Positions 1 through 12,960 of a stretch of 64,000 nucleotides of DNA are shown one piece after another. Positions within the stretch are counted from its first letter, which is position 1; each line of letters opens with the position of its first letter. The notes under the pieces are model-generated. The model ran no database searches. It was given only the letters and a program-made list of their open reading frames with translations, and was not told the DNA's origin. The stretch is from Octopus sinensis (taxonomy: Eukaryota), in contig NC_042997.1 in assembly GCF_006345805.1 (NCBI RefSeq), forward strand, positions 133,486,001 to 133,550,000, in the 5' to 3' direction. Made by a program: the position numbers and the translations under genes.

Positions 1-20
1 ATAATATATATATATATATA

Positions 21-440
21 GGCGCAGGAGTGGCTGTGTGGTAAGTAGCTTGCTTACCAACCACATGGTTCCGGGTTCAGTCCCACAGCGTGGCATCTTG
101 GGCAAGTGTCTTCTGCTATAGCCCCGGGCCGACCAATGCCTTGTGAGTGGATTTGGTAGACGGAAACTGAAAGAAGCCTGTCATATATATGTATATATAT
201 ATATATATATATATGTGGGGGGGGTTCTGTGTCTGTGTTTGTCCCCCTAGCATTGCTTGACAACCGATGCTGGTGTGTTTACGTCCCCGTCACTGAGCGG
301 TTCGGCAAAAGAGCCCGATAGAATAAGTACTGGGTTTACAAAGAATAAGTCCCGGGGTCGATTTGATCGACTATAGGCGGTGCTCCAGCATGGCCGCAGT
401 CAAATGACTGAAACAAGTAAAAGAGTAAAAGAGTAAAGAG
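21..440 (+). mobile_element. tRNA-derived SINE family A (CORE-like, octopus OR-type), full length
   Basis: A box TGGCTGTGTGG, B box GGTTCAGTCCC, CORE-like CTTGGGCAAGTGTCTT, internal (TA)n, 3' tail (GTAAAAGA)n; many near-identical copies in the window. Confidence 0.9.
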
Positions 441-536
441 CATATATATATAAGGATAAGATCGTTATTTAAAATACCGATCGTATCAGGTAGCTTGCAT
501 GGGAATATAAACCTCATAGGTAATAATTATTGTTAA

Positions 537-750
537 AATTATAATTAAGTGTATCTAAGAGATACCAACATGCTAGATATAGCAGCCAATATTTGATTCT
601 AAACCCACATTAAATGTTCATACAGCACCAGGAGAGCAGAAAAAGAAACAAAATAAACTGCAGTATGAACATTTAAAGTAATTTTGTAGTCAAATTTTGA
701 CTGCTATATCTAGCGTGGTGGTATCTTTTAGATACCCTTAATTATAATTA
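537..750. repeat. Imperfect fold-back inverted repeat
   Basis: AATTATAATTAAGTGTATCTAAGAGATACC...TTAAATGTTCATAC (537-623) is the imperfect reverse complement of 663-750; related sequence at about 43220-43340. Confidence 0.75.
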
Positions 751-1386
751 CATATATATATAATAATACATATACATATATGTGATACCTATATATATAA
801 TGTATCATAAGTACATGATGTATGTATATATATATATACGTATGTGTGTGTATGTATATATGTGTGTGTGTGCGTGTATACAAACACATATATGTATGTA
901 TATATCGTGTCATTAAAACAAGTCTATCTTTTTGACATACATATAGAATAAGTTTATACAACGTATTTAAATGTATGAAAAATAAAAATATAAAGATACA
1001 TTTTCAAAAAATAAAAGTTTTCATGTAATTCAACTGAAAATAGATTGGCATATTTCTCAGGTGAATTTGCCATGTATAATTTATTTAAATATTTATAACA
1101 AAAGTGAGAAAGATGGAAATGAGCAAGGAAAAATAAGAAGGCACAAGTTACTTCGACTCCTTTGTAGAAAAAGGTTTTAGAATATGCATTCTTTGTTTTG
1201 CACCTGAGAGGGGTTTTTTTCCCGTAGTATAGGAAAATGTCATGTCTAAATTATCTGGATATTTCGCTGATTTCACTTCGCAAAGTTTTACGTAATCTTA
1301 CATAATTTTTCCATATTTAGAACCATGCTTGGTATAATCATTAAATAGGCATTGTGTATATGTAAGTACACACACACACACACACA

Positions 1387-1428
<42 letters not shown>

Positions 1429-1430
<2 letters not shown>

Positions 1431-1591
1431 CGCAGGAGTGGCTGTGTGGTAAGTAGCTTGCTTACCAACCACACGGTTCCGGGTTCAGTCCCACTGCGTG
1501 GCACCTTGGGAAAGTGTCTTCTACTATAGCCTCGAGCCGACCAAAGCCTTGTGAGTGGATTTGGTAGACGGAAACTGAAAGAAGCATGTCG

Positions 1592-1624
<33 letters not shown>

Positions 1625-1840
1625 TGTGTGTGTGTGTGTGTGTGTGTGTTTGTCCCCCAACAACGCTTGGCAACCGATGCTGGTATGTTTACGTCCCGGT
1701 TACTTAGCGGTTCGGCAAAAGGGACCGATAGAATAAGTACTAGGCTTACAAAGAATAAGTCCTGGGGTCGATTTGCTCGACTAAAAGGCGGTGCTTCGGC
1801 ATGGTCGCAGTCAAAAATGACTGAAACAAGTAAAAGAGAG
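1429..1840 (+). mobile_element. SINE family A, full length
   Basis: Same head, CORE-like block, internal (TA)n(TG)n and tail as 21-440. Confidence 0.9.
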
Positions 1841-1842
1841 AG

Positions 1843-1876
<34 letters not shown>

Positions 1877-2194
1877 CAACTACTCAGTACTGATTGTTTG
1901 AATGAACTTCGAGGAGCGGAACTTGAAGAAAATTTGCAAGCACATTTGTAAGTAGTGTTAGCTTCGTTTCATAGAAGTGTTGCAGTAACAATTTAAAAAT
2001 CGGACTAAATTTATGCAATTAAGTGTAGGAAACTTAAATAGAATTAGTAGTAAAAAATTTTAGTTTTAAATAAAGTAAAATCAGCTTGAGAAATTCCTTG
2101 GCCAATATTTGTATGAATATTCAAGTTAAAATATGTTATACAGCACAGAATATTCTTATTTGTATTTCTAAATGACTGAATATAAATATTTCGT

Positions 2195-2380
2195 ATCAGG
2201 ACAATTGCACCCTCCCATAGAACAATTCCCCCCGACGACAACTACCTCACTAGGATAGTTACCCCCTTGGTTAATTACCCCTTCTCCTATATATCAAGAA
2301 GTTTTGAATCATCATCTGTTATATTTAGATGTAATTGTCCTTGTGGGTTATATTTCACGGAGGATAAATGTCCTTGATTC
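2195..2380. mobile_element. Degenerate MITE-like element with inverted subterminal short repeats
   Basis: Repeated GGACAATT(G/A)CCC-like units on the left; reverse-complement units (TAATTGTCC, TAAATGTCC) on the right. Confidence 0.4.
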
Positions 2381-3258
2381 AAATATTCTATATTATTTGG
2401 AAATCTTCTGTAGTTAAATACTGCGTTACCGAATTGTAACGCCTTTGTAAATGTAGCTACATCTGAAGATAAAGATGTGATACATCTACTAACTTTAGCA
2501 TTTAAATTACGGATATTAGTTAGATAATTAGAATCCTTATTGACATAAAGTAATCTTGGATAACAATATTATAAAGAGATAGTTTATTTGCGTCTAAATC
2601 TAGTGTTAATTAAAAAAGAAAATAACTTTGCAAGGTCTGCTCTCTTCTGTAATTTTTGAATCAATATCTATAAATCTGAAATGAGAAAAGTTTATTTGTC
2701 TGGTTTTGGCACTGGAACGGGTTAAAGGGCACTCGATCTCGTCGGGACAGGTAAAATGAGGTGAGAATGTCAGTGGGCTAGGTTAGAAATCCCTATCTTA
2801 AAAGGTGTGGTTACTAGGGCAAAAAACGCACACTCTGACAAGTCTCCTCTCATTCTCTTATCTGCATGTCTTCCTCTGTCTCTCTCTGTTTCCTCCCTTC
2901 CCATCACTTTCTCTCTATAAGGACGTTTGACAGATACTACTATCTTTCCCCACCGCCTTCGCCAGCGCTATCACTCTTTCCCTCACCGCCTCCCCCTCTC
3001 TCTCTGTACGTCTGTCTGCATTCATACAGAGTTTTATTATCGTCACAACCACCACACAATCATGAGAACAAATATTATGAATCAGATATTTATTGGGTTA
3101 ATTCATATATGTGTGTGTGTGTGTCTGTATCTATATATAAATATGTATATATAATGTATATACATACAATGTGTATATATCTCTGTATATATATATATAT
3201 ATATATATAATTTGTATACATTTGTATATATAATGCTTACACACACACACACACATAA

Positions 3259-3291
<33 letters not shown>

Positions 3292-3453
3292 AAAACAAAG
3301 ATAAATGCGATACAATAAAATTAATTATAATCGCCGGTGTACCAGTACACGCCATATATTATACATATATCATTACATTCAAGGCGAAGAGTGCACTAGA
3401 TACACAATAGCTGGATAAATTTAGTGAGATGAAAATTAAAAACTTTTACAAAC

Positions 3454-3544
3454 TTAACTTTTCTTATACTGCAGTTTCGCCAAATTCAGTAATAAAAATA
3501 GTATTTATTTACTCAGGCTGGCTCTTCAGTAAGATTCCTGTTAA
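3454..3544 (-). ncRNA. Type I hammerhead ribozyme, copy 1
   Basis: Minus strand UUAAC-AGGAA-UCUUA CUGAAGA GCCAG...UUGGC GAA AC-UGCA-GU A^UAAGA-AAA-GUUAA: canonical core, stems I-III paired, GUA cleavage triplet. Confidence 0.88.
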
Positions 3545-3857
3545 TGATGGGAAGACCATATCAATAGACCCATGTGGTCTATCGAAATGCTCTTCTAAAC
3601 TATTCAAAACACTGCGCAGACTCAGAACAAACCCGACAAAATAGGGGATTGTGGTATATCGTCTAACGGTCAGAAATTTATCGAGAGAATATGTAAACAA
3701 AGATAAATGCGATACAATAAAATTAATTATAATCGCCAGTGTACCAGTACACGCCATATATTATACATATATCATTACATTCAAGGCGAAGAGTGCACTA
3801 GATACACAATAGCTGGATATAAATTTAGTGAGATGAAAATTAAAAACTTTTACAAAC

Positions 3858-3948
3858 TTAACTTTTCTTATACTGCAGTTTCGCCAAATTCAGTAATAAA
3901 AATAGTATTTATTTACTCAGGCTGGCTCTTCAGTAAGATTCCTGTTAA
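3858..3948 (-). ncRNA. Type I hammerhead ribozyme, copy 2
   Basis: Identical to 3454-3544, offset 404 nt. Confidence 0.88.
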
Positions 3949-4133
3949 TGATGGGAAGACCATATCAATAGACCCATGTGCGTCTATCGAAATGCTCTAT
4001 ATATATATATAATGCGTATATATGTACATATATATATTTAATGCGTATATATATATATATAGACCATGTGCGTCTATCGAAATGCTCTATATATATATAA
4101 TGCGTATATATGTACATATATATATTTAATGCG

Positions 4134-4168
<35 letters not shown>

Positions 4169-4224
4169 GAAAAATACAAACTGGGACAAGAACGTAAAAC
4201 ATTTAGAAGACGATACAAAAAACA

Positions 4225-5473
4225 CGTGTGCATTATGTGGTCGGTTGAGCTGAAAATATGCACACATTTGTTAAAAGTGCTGGCGAGTTTGCATGGCAAC
4301 TATTTTTTTTCCTCAAATGAAAAGCGTAATCTCTAGGACAAAATTCCTCACCTTTTAAAATGTGGCCCGATTACACCCGAATGAAATCGGCTTATATTAA
4401 CCAAATAAGTAAAACAATGAAAAACTAGGCCATTTTAATCCCAAGTAAGGTCGGGTATCTCTGTAGGTCTACTACATATTTGTGAAAATGGCAGATGTTG
4501 TCTCACAAGCAGTTATACAGGCAAAAGTGTTAGTAAATATGGTAGGATTCAGTTGAAAATTTGCACACCTATATTAAAAATTCTGGTGAGTTTGCATGGC
4601 AACTTTGAGTTTGCTCAATTGAAAGGTGTGGCTTCTAGGGCAAAATTCCTCATCTTTAAAGTGTGGCCCGCGTAGACCCGAATGAAATCGAGTTATAATA
4701 CCGAAACAAATAAAACAATGATAAACTATTTTAATCCCGAGCAAGTCCGGGCTTCTCTGCTATCTATATATATATAAGAGGCTTTGGGACAAAATTGTGT
4801 GCACGTTTTGCTACATCAGAGGTTGGTGGCCACACCAGTGATCAGATCGAACTGAAAATTGACACAGGCATAGAAGGCGTAATGAGGCAGAGTTGAGTAG
4901 GTTAAAACTCACCATCTGGAAAGATGCGGTTGCTATGGTGAGAAGATTCAAGGGGGCTCTAAGCCCCTCCAGATTGGCATCTAATCCTATCTATAAAATG
5001 AAGAAGGCGAACGTTGATACAAATTAGATTTTTATGTAAAAAGGGGTCTAAATGGGGCTGGAAGGGGATTCAAATTTACAGGAGGGGTTAGAAATTGATT
5101 GGGAGACGTTTTGTGGCGCTACAGTGGTTGCTTTGGTGTGAAAACTGGGATTTTATTGATTTTGGGGGACACTTGGTGGTCTAGATCGGACACCTCTTGC
5201 CCGATTTCAATCAAATTTTCAACATGGTAAAGTGGAAGCGGATTTGTAATTTAAACTAGATTTATAAAAAAAATCTAATTGTTTTTATAAATGGCAGAGA
5301 GATAGATAGAGAAAGATAAAGAGTAAGAGAAAGCGAGGGAAGTCCGAAAGGAAGAGTAAGAGAGTGGAAAAATGAGAAAGGATAGAGAAACAAAGAGGGA
5401 GAATGTGGCGATAAGAAACAGAAAGTAACAACCACAACCTCACCCGCGCGTAGAGCGGGTCACCTTAAGCTAG
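4225..5473 (+). mobile_element. Head-to-tail cluster of three non-autonomous Helitrons
   Basis: Units start TC (4468 TCTACTAC, 4763 TCTATATA) and end in a GC hairpin plus CTAG-like motif (CCCGAGCAAGTCCGGG..CTGCTA; ACCCGC..GCGGGT..CTAG|T at 5470-5474); 4240-4467 and 4545-4762 are diverged copies. Confidence 0.7.
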
Positions 5474-6015
5474 TCTTATTCACTGAAAGCTAAAATGCTT
5501 TTTCTCTATCTATATTATACCCATTCATATTTTACAACAGAAATAATCCATCATCACTATGAACTCCTCCGCCTATCATCGGAAAGCTTTTATGTGAGAA
5601 ATCTAAAGCACATCTTGATCTTTAAGGGTCATATTAAATTAAGGGTGCGTTAAGGAAAATTTTATTAAAAGCACAGGAAAATATAATTACAATTATTGTG
5701 AAAATGTAATTATAAATATTGAAGTAAGTAATCTGGTTGATGATATACTGAATGTAAATATATAATAAAATAAGAATAAATTGAAATAGGAGTGAATTGG
5801 AAGGCTCTGTAGATTAACAGTTAAAATGCATTCCGTTACGTCCCCTTATATACTGAGGTCAGATCCTACTGGGTTTAACTTTTCCTTTCATATTTTAGGT
5901 AAATAAAAATTAAGTCCAGATCAAATACTGACATGGAGTTAATTGGTATACTCGCTACTTAACTGACGTAGTGCGAAAAGAATCGCTGATGCCAATGAGA
6001 ACAAATGTAATTAAA

Positions 6016-6573
6016 TAATACCTCGCCATACCGCGGCTCACCTATCGCGTCGATTCCTCCGTGGTGTTGTTTTATATATATAATAAAATAAATATATACA
6101 AATTCTAAAAATAATTTTGTGGTAAGTAGCTTGCTTACCAACCACATGGTTCCGGGTTCAGTCCCACTGCATGGCACCTTCGGCATGTGTCTTCTACTAT
6201 AGCCTTGGGCCAACCAAAGCCTTCTGAGTAAATTTGGTAGACGGAAACTAAAAGAAGCCCGTCGTATATATGTATGTATATGTGTGTGTTTGTGTGTCTG
6301 CGTTTGTCCCCCAACATCGCTTGACAACCCATGCTGGAGTGTTTACGTCCTGTAAATTAGCAGTTCGGTAAAAGAGGCCGATAGAATAAGTACTAGGCTC
6401 ACAAAGAATAAGTCCTGGGGTCGATTTGCTCGACTAAAGGCAGTGCTCCAGCATGGCCGCGGTCAAATGAGTGAAACAAGTAAAAGAGTATAATACTATT
6501 TCAATTTCACGGATTTTCACCTATCACGGTGGAGGCTGGAACGTAGCACCCGCGATAGTCGAGGGATTACTGT
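6016..6573. mobile_element. Pogo/Tigger-like MITE interrupted by a family A SINE (6118-6490)
   Basis: End CGCGATAGTCGAGGGATTACTG-TA; both halves match the uninterrupted copy at 12067-12277. Confidence 0.6.
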
Positions 6574-7235
6574 ATATAGAACCTAGCAATTCTGCTGCTA
6601 GTGGCAATTACTTGATCAACGGAGTAGTATATAGAGATAAAATTCAAATCAGTAATAGCCCTACACACAAAACTTACGCCTGCATTCAAAACTTAAGACG
6701 AGAGTTTACCCGCACGAAAATTCTTACAATTAAAAAATGGTCCGGAACAATGATTCAAAACAATTGAAAGCATTTGGTTCGATCGTCTTCAACATTCACT
6801 GATCGACCGTAGAAAGAGAAACTCCATTCAGACATGGGTTCTACCGTAATTCCATGAAATGCCCGTTATACAATAAGTCAAGTATATTTTATCTTATTTC
6901 AGGACATATAGGCTTTGAATTAAAAATTTAAAGCATTGAACTATTACGGACACTCTTCAAAATTTTTGGCTTCAAGGCTCCTTCCAGCGAACGAATGATA
7001 TATAAAAGTATTTCTTTGTATTCAAAATGTTATTAATATTATGGTTATTAAGTTAGATGCGTACTTCTTTTATCTCCGAAATTATTGATTTCTTCTGGCC
7101 GTTGCATTTGATCATTATACGATCTTTTTGTAACGTTTATTGTATTTATATAGCTTTGCATCGATATCATGTCATAAGCTATACGTATGACTTTTGTTAT
7201 GCATAGATAGATAGAAAAGGATACACGCACATATA

Positions 7236-7281
<46 letters not shown>

Positions 7282-7285
<4 letters not shown>

Positions 7286-7444
7286 TACGAGTGGCTGTGT
7301 AGTAAGTAGCTTGCTTACAAACCGCATAGTTCCAGTTTCAGTCCCACTGCGTGGCACCTTGGGCAAGTGTCTTCTACTATAGCCTCAGGCCGAACAAATC
7401 CTTGTGAGTGGATTTGGTAGACGGAAACTGAAAAGAAGCCCGTC

Positions 7445-7521
<77 letters not shown>

Positions 7522-7752
7522 GTATGTTGTGTATATGCTTGTGTGCCTGTGTTTGTCCCCCAAGCGATGTTGACAACAGATGGTGGTGTGTTTATGTCCC
7601 CGTAACTTAGCTGTTCGGCAAAAGAAACCGACAGAATAAGTACTAGGCTTCCAAAGAATAAGTCCTGGGGTCGATTTGCTCGACTAAATGCGGTGCTCCA
7701 GCATGGCCACAGTCACATGACTGAAACAAGTAAAAGAGTAAAAGAGAGTAAA
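7282..7752 (+). mobile_element. SINE family A, full length
   Basis: Same head and tail; long internal (TA)n. Confidence 0.9.
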
Positions 7753-8340
7753 GAATATATATATATATATATATAATATATATATATATATATACACACA
7801 CGTAAATACACGTATTCACTCTCATGTAAGTGTGCACGCACGCACACACCAGAGGTGAGTAAAGCTTGATTCGACCGATTGTTATCGCATCATGTGCCTC
7901 TGTGGCAAATCAGTAAGAAAATACATTATAAAATTCTAAATGGTAACAAAAAAAGAAAAAGAAAAACTTAAACTTATCCACACTTATGTAACCGAAAAAT
8001 ATAATTAACGACATGCAGCGTTATTCTTCCTTACTTTTAGATGAATTGGCAAGACTTGAAACGTTGCTAAGTGTCTCCAACGAAATACATCTATCACTTT
8101 AAGACTTTAATAGCATCACAAACGCTTCTTTGAGTCAATCTATTTATCATAACACAAGCTCAATGTGTGTGAGTGTGTGTGTGTGCTTTGATTTCCTTTC
8201 AACTTCCAGTTGCATGATCATGTCTTTAAAATTAAAATGCTTTCGTTTCATTTTCAAATAAATTCTATTGTTTTACAATCTATGTTATAAATTCGGCAAT
8301 TCTATACATTTTGTTCTAAGGCAACATGTAATTGAACAAC

Positions 8341-8450
<110 letters not shown>

Positions 8451-9101
8451 ATAGACTTAAACAAAGGATTGGTGTCAAGCATAATTGAAACTGCTGGTTC
8501 TCATACTTTTGTCCACACGGCATCATTCTTTGCCAGAAGAAAAACAACTTTATTCTTTCACAACCATTGACACAGTTGACGTATCTCTCTGTTCTATAGC
8601 CAACCGTATAACTAATGATCGCTGCTTGAGACTGTTTAGATATTATCATGTGTCTTTGGTGTTAAATTTCATTCTTTATGAAAAGGAATGGAGAGAACAT
8701 CTGCTGCCTGGGTCGCATCAAATTTGGAATTTGTTTTGATTATGTACGTAAGAAATGCGTTTCTATATACTTATGTATTTACGTATGCACGCTTGCATAT
8801 ATTCATGTATGGGTGTATGTGTATATAGGTGCATGTATTATGAGTGTATGTGTATGTGTGTGTGTGTATAAGGACGTATATATATGTGTATGTATCTGTC
8901 ATAATTTTAACAGTATTCTTGCATCTTTCTGTCTTTTTGTCTTTCTATCCTTGTACTTGGGATTTTGAGTGCTTATCTGTGAAATTATATATCAATAGAA
9001 TCAATGGTACGTGTACGTGTGTATGTGTGTGTATGTGTGTGTGTGTGCGTGTGTGTGTGTGTGTGAGTGAGTGCAGATATTCATCAAATACTTTGAGAAT
9101 G

Positions 9102-9830
9102 TATTGGGCCATCCCATAAATAATACGGGTTTTTATACTTCTTATCTTTTTTAAAATTAAGATAAGCAAAGTTCTTTTTTAATTTAATATATACTCTCCT
9201 TCATTTTCTACAATGCTCTTCCATTTATCTGGTAGACTTGCAAGGCTCCTCTTCTAAAATTCACTTGTCTGTGACGAAAAATAATCTTCCAGTACTGTTC
9301 TGACCTCGTCTACAGAATTTATATTTTCCCGTCCAAATGATTTTGAAGACTACGGAATAAATGATAATCAGATGGGGCAATGTCCAGTGAATGTGAATGG
9401 GGCATCGCTCCCCATTCAAATTGTTCCAGCCTTTGGAATATCATCATCACCGTATGTGGGCAAGCATTATTCTAATGGAAGAACACCTTTCATCTTGAAA
9501 CCAAAGATCGTTGTTTTACTTCAAGCGCTGACTTAAGCCACTCAAGCTGCTTACATTAGATATATTTTGTTATCGTTTGGTTTCGGTTTAAAAGCTCAAA
9601 GTGGACTAAACCTTTCATATCCCACCAAACAGATAACAAGTTATCTGAGTGAATACCTTCCTTAGCTTAGGGTACTGGTGTCTCTCCTTTCCCTACGCAC
9701 TGTCTTCAGCGCTTGACATTTTTATTGAGAACCCATTTTTCGTCACTGTTCGATTCAAAAATGGTTCGTTCGTGAGACGTGATAACAAAGAAGAGCACAC
9801 ATTAACTCTTTGCGTGCAATTAGACTCGTA
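9102..9830 (-). pseudogene. Mariner transposase remnant (catalytic/C-terminal half) with TIR
   Basis: Minus-strand translation HSLDIAPSDYHLFRSLQNHLDGK...LPDKWKSIVENEGEYI with stops and frameshifts; TA-TTGGGCCATCCCATAAATAAT terminal repeat. Confidence 0.8.
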
Positions 9831-9849
9831 AAGTTTGTGAGAAACCCAT

Positions 9850-10528
9850 TGACCCAATTTGCTGACTTTTCTGACGGCACACAGGTGTGGAATCTGGTTC
9901 CATCATTTTGAGACAGAATCCAAAAGGCAGAGCATGGAGTGGAAAAACCCGGAATCACCAGCGAAACGTAAATTCTCAACCTTCCACAGAAATAGTGATA
10001 CGAACTGTTTTGGGGACGCAAAAGAGTCTATACTGAAACATTACCTGCAAAAAGATCAACAGTCACCAATATAGTCTACGATGAAATGCTGGCCAACAAA
10101 CTGAAACCAGCAATTAGTAGCAAACGTCGAGGTCTAATGTCAAAGCAAGTGTTAATGTTGCACGACAATGCACGCCAACATACAGATGTCTACACCGTTG
10201 AAACTATTATAAAATTGGACTTCGAGTAGCTGAGACACTCTGCATCAAGTTCAGATCTCACGCCTTCCGACTATCACCTCTTTGGACCGCTCAAACAGCC
10301 TTTACGAGGCTGGAGATTTGCTACGGACGAAGTAGCAGTGTATAAATGGCTGCATGAACATTCGGAAACCTTCTTCTCTGAAGGAATAAACAAGCTTGTG
10401 GACCACCGGCAGAAATGCACCGAAAAGCAAGGAGGCCACGTCGAAAAATCATGTAATTGTCAAACAACATTTCTTTGAAAAAAATTACAGAAATGAGGGT
10501 ACGTATAATTTTTTACTTGCTCTCGTAT
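9850..10528 (+). pseudogene. Second mariner transposase remnant with TIR
   Basis: WFHHFETESKRQSMEWK...MLHDNARQHT...SDLTPSDYHLFGPLKQPLRG (DD34D-type motifs), disrupted; ends TTTTTACTTGCTCTCG-TA. Confidence 0.85.
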
Positions 10529-10650
10529 AATGTAAAATGAATTAACAGAAAATTAACCAAACAGTGCATATTTAAATCAAAATAATTACTTTTTGAAAAC
10601 CCTGGACACATTAGTGTTTCAGTCAGACAATACACACAGACAGACAGACA

Positions 10651-10695
<45 letters not shown>

Positions 10696-11199
10696 ACAAT
10701 TGTACACACGCACACACATTCACCTCGTCAGCATGAGTACAAAATAGTTTCGTTCGTATGCACTCGAGGATGACGGGTGTATATGAACACAAGTTATTGT
10801 GGACAAAGTTGAAATGTTATGCTGTAAGTTTCCAACAACTCTCTAAGGGTAAATTCTTTGCATCAAAATGATCTACAATTTCATGTAAAAATTTAAACTC
10901 CGTCATTGGAGTATATCTGTAAATATTCGTCAAATATATCAATAATGTGCATAAGTATAGGCATGTACACATAATACACAACACAAACAGAAGTATAGAA
11001 ATGATTTTAATGTTTCGGACGTTAACTCTTTATCAGGAAGAAAGAGATAGCGGAAAGGCGACAAAAAAGGGAGAAAATTGGAAAAAAAAACGAACGTGGT
11101 AACACATGTGTCTCTCGTAGGTACAAACCCTCACGCAAACTCTGTAGATTTATGAACATAGTTATCTGCAATTTTTCACATTTTGTTCTCAATAGTGTT

Positions 11200-11432
11200 T
11201 ATGTGTGTGCGTGCGGGTGACTTTGTGTCTGTTTGTCCCCGAAGTACCGCTTGACAACCAGTGTTGGTGAGTTTCTGTCACTGCAATTAGAGGTTCGACA
11301 AAAGAGATCTATGGAATAAGTGCCAGGATTGAAAAAAAAAAACTACTAGGGGCGATTTATTCCATTAAAAATTCTTCAAAACGGTGCCCCAGCATGGCCA
11401 TAATCTAAAGACAGAAACAAGTAAAAGATAAA
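11200..11432 (+). mobile_element. Diverged SINE family A 3' half
   Basis: GCTTGACAACC...GGTGCCCCAGCATGGCC...GAAACAAGTAAAAGA. Confidence 0.7.
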
Positions 11433-11579
11433 AAAAATATCTTTTACTTTTTAACATGGGGAAGTAAATGAAAAAATGTATAAACAAATGACGTAACGTA
11501 TACTGAACGCAAAACCGAACAGAAGGTCCGTAATTCTTCATCAGTTATCGACCAGTTGATAATATTCAGTTTCACACCA

Positions 11580-11685
11580 TGCGGGCAAGTGTATATACGT
11601 GCGTGTGTGTGAGTGTGCATATGTTTCTCTGTGTGTGTGTATGTGTGTGTGTGAGTGTGTGTGTATGTGTGTGTGTGTGTGTGTG

Positions 11686-11718
<33 letters not shown>

Positions 11719-11929
11719 TTTTTTATGTCAGGGTTGTGTCGGACTAATGACAGAGGAGAGTTCAGTACTCGTTTAGAGGATATGGATGTTTTTCTTTATT
11801 GAAATCGCAACTGAATGTTTGTTTCACGACACGAGTGTCTTTACATACCTTCATACATGCATACGCACATACATACATACATACATACATACATACATAC
11901 ATACATACATACATACATACATACATACA

Positions 11930-11962
<33 letters not shown>

Positions 11963-11990
11963 CATACATACATACATACAATACACACAT
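11580..11990. repeat. (TG)n and (ACAT)n microsatellites
   Basis: Direct observation. Confidence 0.9.
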
Positions 11991-12066
11991 ATGCCCATCG
12001 GATGTTAACATAAAGCTGAAGATCAGTGAAAAAGAGAACACCTATGTTGAACTATTGAGAAATCTG

Positions 12067-12276
12067 CAGTTACTCTCGCAGTTCACCTATCGCGGTTTAT
12101 TATTTAAGCTGGCGGCGACTCCGCCGTGGTGTTGTTTTGCATTCATAATAAAATAAATATATACCATTATAAAAATAATAATAAAATACACAGTACAGTA
12201 CTGCTTCTACTTCGCGGATTTTCACCTCTCGCAGGGGATTTTGGAATATATCACAGGCGATAGTCGAGGGATTACA

Positions 12277-12277
<1 letters not shown>
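12067..12277. mobile_element. Pogo/Tigger-like MITE
   Basis: CAGTTACTCTCGC...GCGATAGTCGAGGGATTAC; homologous to 6016-6573. Confidence 0.6.
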
Positions 12278-12341
<64 letters not shown>

Positions 12342-12348
<7 letters not shown>

Positions 12349-12630
12349 ATCACGTGACCGACCAGGCTATCAAATGTTGCTCCACATCGCTGGTCACAAT
12401 GGTTTCGCATTGTTTTAGCCTTCAAATGACGCCACCCCGCTGGCTAAGCGAGCAGGCCAACATAAGAGAGAGTGAGAGAAAGTTGCGACGAAAGAGTACA
12501 GCAGGGTTCGACGCCACCCTCTGCTGGAGCCTCGTGGAGTTTTAGGTGTTTTCGTCCAATAAACACTCACAACGCCCGGTCTGGGAATCGAAACCGCGAT
12601 CCTACGACCGCGAGTCCGCTGCCCTAACCA
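12342..12630 (-). mobile_element. tRNA-derived SINE family C, tail type 1
   Basis: Minus head TGGTTAGGGCAGCGGACTCGCGGTCGTAGGATCGCGGTTTCGATTCCC; tail shared with 56509-56811. Confidence 0.85.
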
Positions 12631-12639
12631 TATATATAT

Positions 12640-12960
<321 letters not shown>

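Larger units (their letters stand above)
3293..3998 (-). mobile_element. Retrozyme-like / Penelope pseudo-LTR partial tandem repeat (404-bp period) in (TA)n
   Basis: 3293-3594 is repeated nearly identically at 3695-3998; each copy carries an HHR; (TA)n on both flanks. Confidence 0.8.

Noticed and set aside
3429-4012. ORFs inside the 404-bp repeat
   Set aside because: Short, overlapping on both strands, no domain motifs; the RNA structure explains the sequence better.
11005-11040. Hammerhead similar to 33159-33193
   Set aside because: Core CUGAUAA with unpaired stems; counted only as a decayed remnant.
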